A stretch of 64,000 nt of DNA. Origin: Cenococcum geophilum (taxonomy: Eukaryota). Where the stretch lies: NCBI GenBank assembly GCA_050273025.1, contig CP158635.1, positions 13,330,001 to 13,394,000 on the forward strand, in the 5' to 3' direction. A program made the position numbers and the translations under genes. Position 1 is the stretch's first letter. Every line of letters begins with the position of its first letter. Under the pieces are notes generated by a model. That model made no database searches. It was given only the letters and a program-made list of their open reading frames with translations, and was not told the origin of the DNA. This document shows positions 28,501 through 38,554 of the stretch, one piece after another.

Positions 28501-29117
28501 GCAAATATTAATACTATAGAGCGCTATAATATATAAGGACGAGTGGTAGAGAAAGATAATAACGGCAATATAGAAGATAAATGAGAGTTTAAGAAAATCC
28601 TTAATATATATAACGAAGACCCCTAGGGCCTAACTTATGAGATTAAATGGAAATATTATAAGGATATAACCTGGTAGCTAGAGGAAGACCTAAAGGGTTA
28701 TAAATAAGCTGTATAGCGCTTTTATAAGTAACACCCTAAGAAGCTAGAACCCCTAGACTAGGTATAAGATAAGGAAAAGTTACGCTAAGGTTGCGGCCGA
28801 CCACCGCATTAAAATTTGTGGTGGTTGAGATGTTATAAAACTTTAACTAGTGGTTAAAGTTGTCTAATTAGCTAAATTCTTACTAAGAAATGCTATATAG
28901 ACCGATTTGGGTGGCGGTGTGGAGTTCTGCCGACCTTATTTACTAAACTAACTAATTAGGATTTTCCATGCCCGGTATAGAAAATCGCTATTAGCTCGGT
29001 TAAGGGCGGTGAGTAGAACTAATATCTTTGCGGTAGAAAATAGACAACCCCGTATACTGCCTATTTTTAAGTTATTTATTTGGTTTAGGGACCAAACCAT
29101 CTAGGGGAGAGGAGTAC

Positions 29118-29304
29118 TGTTATGGCACTGACCTAATGCATACTGTTTTATACTATCTTGTACTATTCCCTACTATTAGCTAGCCCACTACTAGCGACTT
29201 GGCGGCCGGCCCTACTATTTATATATAATACCCCCTTTCCACCTTCTTCCCCTCTTTATACTATAACGTAGTTATTCAGTCTACTTTATTACAGCACTGT
29301 GACA
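29118..29304 (+). repeat. 3' LTR, gypsy family A
   Basis: 187 bp, preceded by the PPT and followed by the TSD. Confidence 0.96.
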
Positions 29305-32049
29305 TCTAGGATTGTTAATTCTATATAGGGCCTATGCTTTTAAAGGTTACGCCTACTATATATAGCAGTTGTCTAGCCAACCATAATATATAGATCTAGT
29401 ATTTGGGCCATTGGAGAAACTAAGAAGGGCCCCCCTAAATTACTTCTTAAACTACTTTAAAAGGTCTAAACAGCCTACCTTTAGAGTATTATAGGCGGGT
29501 ATAAGCGAACGGCTATAGTACTACTTAAGAAGGAATCCAATATTCCCCCCCTATAGTTATATATTAAAGCCGCTGCAATATAAAGGACGTAAAATAAACA
29601 TAACTCTAATGTTATAAAGTATATTAAGACACGCCTAAGTAAACTATAGAGGGACCCTAGGGTGCCCCATAGGAGAATAAACCAATAACCCTAAAGTAGG
29701 GAAGAGATATTAGAGAAACAGGTAAAGAAAGTAGAAGAAGAATAGTACCGCTTTAGGGCCCAGGCCTATATAGAGGAGAAAGGGAGACGTGTAAGAGGTT
29801 AGTAAAGATAATAGTAAGATAGAGAAAGGAGCTAAAGTAAAACACGTAAGAATGCTAGGAAACTATCTACCGTAATATAATACTGGTTGGACCAACGCTA
29901 GAGAGGTAAATAGGAGTTAAAGGTATAGAGGCTGACTTAAGTAAGATAAACCTAAGCTATAGTATAGTTAATACTATGGGGGGTAAATACCTAAGGGCTC
30001 TAAGAAGGCCTAATAAAGGTAGAAAATATAATAGCAATACTTTTAAGAACAGGAATAATAGGACTAAAAGATTGGCTTTACTGGGTGGGTGTCCTAGTAG
30101 GTAGCCTAAGATGCAAATATGGCTGGCTAAGACAGACACTAAAATATATAATACTGCTATGCCCCCTACGCACCAATTGAGAAATAATGCTCTTAGTAGC
30201 TAGTATAGAGAACTATAATACACTGCTCTTAATATAAAAAGGCCGTAAGGCGGTTACCCAGTGGCTTATTAGTTAAAATGTGCTAAATTAGTTCTGGGTT
30301 ATAAGGGAAATGGTAATAAAAGGCAAGGGGGCGAGTAGTAGGTGCCCCCTAGTAACTCTACAGTAGTAGAGTAATAGTTTGTAATACTAGCGCGTCCGTA
30401 GGCTTGTTACGGTAGCAGTGGTTCCTAAGGAGGTTAAATAGTAAGGTAGTAGAGCACTATAGGTAACTTATAGGCGCTAAGTAGGCAAGTCCTAAAAGGC
30501 GGGGAGATGGATTACGGGGTTTTCTTATTTTTCTTAAATAGAGTTTTCTCCCTATATGTAAATAAGGAGTAGTCCGCGTGGGCCCAATAGGGATCCGAAT
30601 CGGACGTTAAGTAATAAATTATTATTATTATATTATGCTCCTGGTTTAAAATAACCTACGTTAAACTATAATAGATATTTATGCGCTGATTGACTAGGTG
30701 GCTTTAGGTAGCTTTAAGGATAACCTTTATTGTCTGCGCCTTTCCTTAGTATATAAGGGCTATTAACCGGATAGTAGGAGGTGGAGGCGTAGGAGGCAGA
30801 GGCGGCGGCCTTCCTTTTAAGCGGAGTTCTATAGTTCTAGGCATTTTTGCAGTAAAATTCCGCGTGCGTAATAGGCAATTTAAGAGAAGGGTAATAATAG
30901 TGCTTTTTAACGTAAAGAAAGGTAAACGGGCGCGTATAATTAAATGAGATAGGGTAACAGAATGACAGGATAATAGGATAACAGGAAGTTAAAATAAAGA
31001 TCTTGTGGTATTTACCAAAAAGGTGAATTAAAAGGGTCGTTATATGAAATCTTAAGATATTAAGGAACTTTAACCGCCGGTTAAAGTTATCTAATTAGTT
31101 AGATTTTCCTTGCTAAGACATTTACATAACAATAACTTTAACATTAACTATTTTTTAAAAGAATAAATAAGACTTAGATAATGCCTGTCTCTAACCTCTA
31201 ATATGCTTAACTAAGACTTCTTAAAGTAAAGTAGCTCTTCTCTTAACTTAAAAGGAAACGAAAATATTAATTCGAAAATTATAGAACGTAAAAATGTAAA
31301 ATACTTATAAGAGATAGTTATTAGTAATAAAGGTGGAAGGAAGAAGACCGCGTGTGTAGTTATTCCTTATAAGAGTAGTTGCCAAGATAGAGGATTTAAA
31401 ACCAGCTTTAAAGAGCTAAATTCTTTTCCTAATTCCTCGTGCCAGTGGGATAAGGTAGGAGTGTAGTAGAAGACTCTAATCCTTATAGTTGCTTTGCGTA
31501 TTTATTATAAAGGTAGAGAGAAGAAAGTAAATAAGTTGCTGCTTATAGTAATAGGTGTCTTAAGTAACAGCCTGTTTATAGAAGAATCTTTATAAAAGAC
31601 TACCTTTTTAGTAGGGTTATGTGATCCTTAAGATGCGGTAAGATTGTGGTGTAGTTAGAAAAAAGAGACGCTGCTATAGCCTCCTCTTTAGGTGCTTCTT
31701 CTTCTGTAAAGACTTCTTCTATATTATAGTTGCTTTTATTTATACGGTCTTCTGGTCTAATCCCCTTAGGATCTTGTATATAAAACCGTTTCGACCGATT
31801 CCTATATAGGGTGCCTCCTACTTTAGTGCTATTAAGGTCCTTAATTTTATAGAACCCTTTTTCTAATAACCTTTTAATCCGGAGGGGGCCCTGCCATTTT
31901 GGCTGTAGCTTTTACTATTGCGATATATCCTTTGCCTTTTTTGCATCCTATACCGGCATAAGCTCTCTAGGCTTAAGCTTACTTTTACGGGTATTCTTTG
32001 TCTTATTAAAGTATTCTTTATTGGCTAGATAATAGCCGCGCATATAATA

Positions 32050-34955
32050 CTAGAACTAGATAGGAAGTCTATAAGATTAGGTATTAAGTGCAGCTCTATT
32101 AAGTAAGGTATTAATTAGTGTTGTCTTAGGCTTATCTGCGTTAATATTGTTAAGGCCTTCTACTATAGGAATACGCCCTTGCAGCTTTGCATTAAAGCCA
32201 TTAATAAGCGAGTCGTAGTAAGCTGGTTGCTTTGGAATTCTTTGCTTTCTAGCTCTAGAAGGTTCTGATTGTGATAAGGCTGATTTAGAAGGTAGCTTTA
32301 TAGGCTGTCCTTCCTTTAAACCCCTAGAGAGCCTTTAGGTTCCAATATTAACAATATCCTTGCAGCTAAGGTGACTCTTTCATTCGCTAGGCCGCCTTGT
32401 GATAGTAGTTAATAGCTTAAGCGTAAGATGATATACATTAGTAGCTGCGTTAGCTGGCGTATGATATGTGCTGTTAAACTGGCTAAACGCGTCCTCTATA
32501 GCATACCGCAGCTCTAGGTAGTAACTAGCGGTAAGTAACACTTAAGTAAATAACTCTGTCACATTTAAACTAGTTCACCATCAGCCTTAAAGAAGAAGCT
32601 TAAGAATAAGGTTGTGATATTTATTAAGTCAATTTATCTTAAACTAACTATCTTGCTGGCCTCTATAATTAACCAACATGCTAGCAAGTAATAATCTTTA
32701 AAGGACTTAATCTGCGGCTTTAGTTATGAGCAATCTAGTAAGGTATAAAGCTAACTATGTATATTAACTCTTTATACTGCCAGTAAAGAGAAGATAGTAG
32801 TAAATAATCACCCGTTTAATAAGCCTAATATTAGCGTACTTAATAGCAAACTTTAATATAAGGTAGACCTCTATATCTTATATAAATTAAACATAGTTTT
32901 AGAATACCTTATTAACTAGTTTATTACTATAGGACCGTTAGCTGGGCAAGAAGAACTCCTCTTAAATACGCTGTAAGGTAGTAAGGAATCTTACTCTTAC
33001 TACTGCCGTTTTATTACCTCTTTTAATATCTTGTCCAGTAATCTAATTATTAACCCCCTTATTACCCTAGTCCTTAATATTTTAAGGAAAAAGACTAAGG
33101 AAGTAGGCAGTAATTCGGGCGTTAAAGGACTTAATTATGACCTCCTCTTTATAATGGAACGGCGTCCTATAACCCTAATACGCGCTAAGGTAGACCTTGC
33201 TATAATCTAACAATTTAAAGCAGTTGGATGGTCCGCCGTAAATGTCGTGTATTATATCTATATAGTTAGTTCGCTAATAGAACAATCTAGCCACAGGAAG
33301 AAACCATTTTAGCTATTTATAGTAACGCTCTTTAAGATAACGCTCTTGCTATATAGATTAGAGGAGGCCTATGGTCTTCTAATCGCCATTAATTAAGACT
33401 AATTTACTATTGTTAAAGGATCCTTCCTTATACCCCAGCTGGCCCTCTTAAAACCCGTATTCGCCGTTATTGCCACTAAATATATTCCTAAGAATACTAT
33501 ACGTGCCCTCTAGAGTGCCCTTATTCTCTAGAATTAGACCTAATGCAAAGTAGCGTAGCTTTCGTGGAAGGAGATAATCTATAATAGGCATATTGGGCCA
33601 GAAGTCTGCAACAATATTAAGCTCTTTAACTTTTGGTATTATATATATAATAGCCTTAGCAATCTAATATAACTAGTACTGTTCTGTATAGCTATCTGCC
33701 TAATTACTAGGATAATTAAAGATCACGCTATAAGTAAGCTATTCCGTAGGTTTAAGTATAGAAGTATAAAGACCGTTATATGGAAACTTAGGGTTAAGTA
33801 TAAGCTTAGAAGTAGTAGCGGAGAGGTGCTTATTAGTATTTAGTGTAGTCTTATATTAAACCCTTTTATTCTAGTTAAAGTTATTATATATAACCGTTAG
33901 CTGGTTCCGGTTCTTTAAAGTAGTTACCTTAATTATGCGCTATAAGAAAGTTACTATTTATTATACTAGCAATAACTAAGAAGCCTTAAGTGCGCGATCT
34001 ATAGCTAAAATACCTTAACTATACCCTCCGCTCGCAGTAACGGAGGCGTCTTATCTAAACCCTTAAGTATGGAAGTATATACCCTACTAACTTCCTCTAG
34101 TTCCTTTTGTATTTTAGTAAAACTGATATACGATATTATAACTCCTAACTTATAAAGAAGCGCAATACACCTTCTTTTAACACCTATATTGTGTAAATAA
34201 ACCCCTAAAGTAGTATGGAACTGGTAGCTAGCTTAAGGGGCTTATATGTTCGCTAGGATTGCGCACACCATAAAGAGCTTATTATAGTAAGGCGTGATAT
34301 TACGAGAATTAGTATATGGCCTTTGCTAAACTAAAGCTATAAGGAAGCTTTATAGCGTTAGAGCAAGGCACTATATATTAGCAGTAATCGTATTAAGCTT
34401 AAGCTTTTTAACTGGTTCTTTGGCGTTAAATTATTTAAGCCTGCTAGGAATAATAACTCTATTCTCTTTTTTTAGGCGTATAAGATCCTCTAACTCTTGC
34501 TCTATCTGCTTATATAGAGGTTCTTAATAGAGCCTTCTTAGCTGGCGATCACTATATACTATAAGCCGTTCCTTAACTTCTGGCTCTTTAAATATTGCCT
34601 TCTATAGCCTATTTATACGTCGCTCTGGCGTATTATAATTAAAAGGGCTAGAAGCGGTTATATAATACTTAATAAAAGTTATAATGCCCTAGCGGTGCTT
34701 ATACAGCTGTTCTAATATTAAGTTAACTCTTTCGCATTCTAAATAAAAGACTTATAGTCCTTAATTTTTATTTAAAGCTGGCTTATTGGTTTAGGTACTC
34801 TGGCTACGGTAGGAAGAGGGCGGCGGTAGTTGTGGGAGAGGTGCGGCTGCTATGACTTGGGGGCGTTAAGCGCAACAACGAGATAACAAATTGGAATTGG
34901 GCAAATTGGGCAACGTAGTCTTCTTTACTAGGTTTAATTTGGTAATTCTGGCCAT
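32050..34955 (-). pseudogene. Academ-type (DUF6589-like) DDE transposase, RIP-degraded
   Basis: Candidate ATG at 34955. De-RIPed motifs occur in order: YDNF...RV.H.T (~33890-33845), ENEGTLEGT (~33530-33500), GDQKT..LLRS (~33387), PVAGLFHW..N (~33298-33265), AIKYADIG (~32850) and LVN.RG...WF..D.LNEYHN (~32675-32610). This is the motif series I associate with fungal Academ/DUF6589 proteins. Confidence 0.78.
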
Positions 34956-35145
34956 CAGGAATAGCTTAGGGAGCTATAGAAGTTAAGATAATTTGGCTTA
35001 AAGTAGGTGTATATAGGCCTAAATGCCCCGCGCGGGACTAATAAAAATCCGAACCGTGTACTAGACCTTCTAACGAAGGTCTTACCAAAAGCGGCTAGCG
35101 GCTTGGCAAGGTAAGCCTTGGTAAGAAGGTCTGGGAACAAGACAA

Positions 35146-35205
35146 ACATTTATCCTATACATTTAAGATTAGTAAGCGCTTACTAAGTTACGCACGGGCC
35201 ACTAT
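35146..35205 (+). repeat. 60-bp terminal inverted repeat, left copy (contains the palindrome TTAGTAAGCGCTTACTAA)
   Basis: Reverse complement of 47930-47989 apart from C>T changes. Confidence 0.92.
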
Positions 35206-38200
35206 TAAGAATGCGGAAGAACTTTAAAAAAGCATGTCCTTACCGTAACTTACACTATAGAATATCTATATAACTACGCAGTAAATAGACTAGTCTAGGG
35301 CATGGAATTAATAGCTTATTATGCAGACTAAAAGTCCTAAATAGCTTATAAAGTAAACATTAGTGCTAGGCTTAAAGATATAACGCCAAATCGGACGGCT
35401 TTAACGGCAAGTTTTTAGAAGTTTTCTACTATAAAGTTGCTCTAAATCTACACCTTGCAAAGCCTATATTAGCTTCCTACTATATAATATAGCCGATAGC
35501 TCTTTGTTTAATATTAATTTGACTCTTCCTGACGTTAATAAGCTCCTATAGCGTCGCCCTACTACCTATACTGCCTTTGCTGCCTATACTACCTCTACTA
35601 CCCTAGTGCGAAAACCTGGTAACCGCCAGAGCAACCCTATTAAAATCCTTGATATTCTATCCCCCCTTTATTAGGCTATTCCGGCTACTTAGTATAAGGT
35701 TCCTTAGGCTCCGTCAACTCTATCCTAGTTTCGCCAGCTATAGCGTATAGTGTATAATTGTTAGGTGGTTGTAGAGAGCTTAACGCAGGCCTCTATATAG
35801 GAGTCGTTCTCTCCTCTACCCCCTCCTATAACTCTACCCCCTAGCCGTTATAAATATCACGCTGCTTTTACTGCTTTGGTATATAATATAAATAATCCTC
35901 TTCTACTATGGCTTTAATCGCCGTCACTAAAAGTTAAGATCTAACGTCTAGAGTGGTAGCCGAACCCCCGGTTATACTAGGACCTAGCTCTAGTAGTAAA
36001 AAATATAGTTAATTCTATACCCGCCTACTACCTTCTAGAGCCGTATAAGGGCGAGATCTTTAAGGATATTAACGCCGCGTTTAACCGGTACTAGGACTAT
36101 GCTTTTAGCAAAGGCTTCTTTATTATTATACTGTCCTCTAGTAATAAAACTACCCTACGGCTATACTATATCTTTGGCTGTAAACACTATAGTAAGCACA
36201 CCCGGAATTACCGTAAGTTAGATAACTTTTATAGTAAGAATAGCAACTAGCAGCGAGAGGCTACTAAGGTACACTAAAAGAACTGCGGCTGGTGTATTTA
36301 GGTGGCCTAAAAGAAGCTTCCTGGCTATATAGGTAATATTAAAAGATGGGTAGCGACTATTATATATGCTAAGTACTCTAATCTAGAGGCTTTAGAGGCT
36401 CTAAAGGCTCTAGAATACGACTTTATTACAAATCCCCTTGCTTATATTGGCTATTAGGATCGACTACTAGAGGCTAAAGAGGTAGCCGCAGAAGCCTACG
36501 CTCTTAGGGCAACTTGAGAGACCTATTTTACTATATAGCGTTAGCTTTCTGCCCAAGAGTTATACATAAGTAAGAAGAAATACTATAGCTTAACGCGATC
36601 GTTAAGCGGCCCTTCTAGTGGAGCTAAGGGCCAGCCGCGAGCACTTGGCGCGCTTAAGCTACTTCTCCACTAGCATAGATTTAAGTACCGGTCTTAATAT
36701 ACCTATATAATTAATCTAGAATTAGGTCGTCTAATTACCCGGAGTCTCTAGCAGCTTATATTCTGGCTTCCTATCTAGGTAGATTTAGCGCAGAGGTTTA
36801 TTACCGACTTTGGCTGCTAAATAGATACTATATTTAATACCAGTTAATCTAAGCTCCTATTAGCTATTATTACTAGCGTTACTAATATAGGGTCCTCTTT
36901 TCTAGTAATATAGTCATTTATTAAGAGCGAGTCTTAGCTAGATTAGACCTTTTTACTAGAGTCTACTTAGCAGAAACTTTGGAAACGGCCACCTAAAGTT
37001 ATTATTGCTAATTTTAGTAAGGGCCTTGCAGCCGCCTTATTAGTAGGGCAGTTAATTATAGTTATTCTCTAGTACTGCTAGTGGTATGCTGCAAAGGCAA
37101 TAAAAAAGCGGATTAATGAGGGGATCTAGACAAAGGTTAAGAGGCCGTACGGCTACTTGGCGGAAGAGAGGAAGGTAGTAAAGGAACTATTTTGGCCCTA
37201 CCTAAAATCTAAAACGGTAGTAGAGCTTAAAGTTAATTAAAAGGTAGTTCTAGATAAGCTACACCCGTGTAATAAGGTATAGTTTTAGACTATATATATT
37301 AAAAAGGAGAGCTAGATAATTACCTACTATATTAGGTAAGTTTTATTTTAAGCTAGGAAGTAAAATACTTAGAAATATCCTAGAAATAAGTTTTACTATA
37401 GGCCGGCCTATAGTAAAGCTTATTTCTAAGATGCCTTTAAGCATCCTACTCTCCAGCTTAAAAACCTTATTTTAACGTTAACTCTTCTTTAACCGCTTAC
37501 TCCCTCACTAGATACCTTCCAAATTTAGGTATAGTAGCAAGCTAATAAGGCAAGGGTATTAACAGAAGATTAAAATGCTTTACCAATTATCAATTAAGCC
37601 TTAATAATGCTATAATTAAGCTAAAGAGGTAGATTTTAATACTATATAAGAAGTTAATTAAATCCGAATATATATCCAAAATATCCCTCCCCTGAATTAT
37701 TACCCTAGACCTCTTTTAACACCACTTCGCGCAGGTTAACGGTATAGTGACATACTACGCGCTTTAGTGAATCTTTAACTCCATGTGTGGCGTAAGAGCT
37801 TTAATAAATAAGGAAAAGTAGGAGTGGGCCGATTGGGAGTAGAAGTAGGACGACTGCGACTGTGAGGACCCCTACCGATATGGCCTCCCCTATTATTATA
37901 TGCTTATTTAGTACTTAATATAGAGGCTTCCTATATTACTAGCTTTAATCCACCCTCGCTAGTGTATTATAATAAAGCTAATTACCGCTCTAGATTGGCA
38001 GCCGCAATATATTAAGGATATAGTGTTTAAGGGTAACCCTCTGCTAAAGCACCTGGAAGCTCTTACTAGGATCTAGCTATTAGTTCTCCGCCTCCTTAAT
38101 ATTATTAAGGACCTTTCTACTAAAAAAATAGGCGAGCTTGCTAATAAATTTAAAGACTTTAAGGTAGCCTAAATGGCTATTTTAATTAAACAGGTAGAGC

Positions 38201-38339
38201 TTCAATCGCTACTTAAGGGCGCTCCATTTAAGGTTCCTTAAAAGGCTCGCTGGCAGCTACTACCTAAAAAGAAGTATAGTAAGGCCAACTAGCGGGGTAA
38301 AATAAGTGCTAAGATTGCTAAACGTGCTGCCGATATAGC

Positions 38340-38554
38340 TGTAAGGGATATTATTGCGGACACCTCGGGTTGCCCTTAGGACAACCCCCGGACGCCCCTT
38401 AGATAGTCGCCAATCACGTACCGGAGGCACGTGCCCGTAGTATATAGTCTCCACGATCCCAAAGGTCTTACCTCCTTAAGGATTCGTCTCTCTTACCAAT
38501 CTATCCTGTTCTAATTGTGTCCTTATAGCCCCCTATCTATAAGATCCCCTTACA
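38340..38554 (+). repeat. 5' LTR, gypsy family B
   Basis: TG...CA termini; direct repeat of 47031-47245. Confidence 0.96.

Larger units (their letters stand above)
22389..29304 (+). mobile_element. Ty3/gypsy chromovirus family A, copy 2 (complete, RIP-inactivated)
   Basis: LTRs at 22389-22575 and 29118-29304; 5-bp TSD TCTAG (22384-22388, 29305-29309); PPT aggggagaggag at 29103-29114. Gag CCHC knuckle ~23812, RT DYRGLN ~25942 and YLDD ~26234, RNase H, integrase and chromodomain ~28580-28700. Confidence 0.96.
18112..30628 (+). mobile_element. Non-LTR retrotransposon (LINE, Tad1-like), full length, RIP-inactivated, interrupted by a gypsy element
   Basis: 14-bp TSD TATATTATGCTCCT at 18098-18111 and 30629-30642, with an (ATT)n 3' tail. 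ORF1 has Cys/His knuckles at ~19255-19410. ORF2 has APE motifs (IQYNC ~20014, IQEP, LGD.NLHHP.WG ~20401), RT motifs (GPDGI, SYRPIALENTL.KILE, LDISGAYD, GIPQGSPLSPILF, GF.DD ~22060) and a C-terminal CCHC finger at ~30112-30165. Confidence 0.95.
15080..30844 (-). pseudogene. Copy B of the unknown ~1000-aa gene, split by the LINE insertion
   Basis: ATG at 30844 (MPRT.ELR.KGRPPPLPP). The remainder at ~15080-18111 is colinear with copy A. Confidence 0.6.
14807..32043. repeat. Tandem direct repeat unit B, interrupted by the LINE (18112-30628) and truncated at ~32043
   Basis: 14807-18111 matches ~8949-12250, and 30643-32043 matches ~12251-13963. Unit B lacks the segment equivalent to ~13298-13622. 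Confidence 0.88.

Noticed and set aside
31980..32160. In-frame fusion of the Academ transposase C-terminus to the truncated second cassette gene
   Set aside because: The junction at ~32043 is locally in frame, but an insertion just downstream shifts the frame relative to copy A. RIP stops also prevent locating the true transposase stop.
6493..35204. Starship element
   Set aside because: I recognised no DUF3435 tyrosine-recombinase captain or typical Starship accessory genes in the window.
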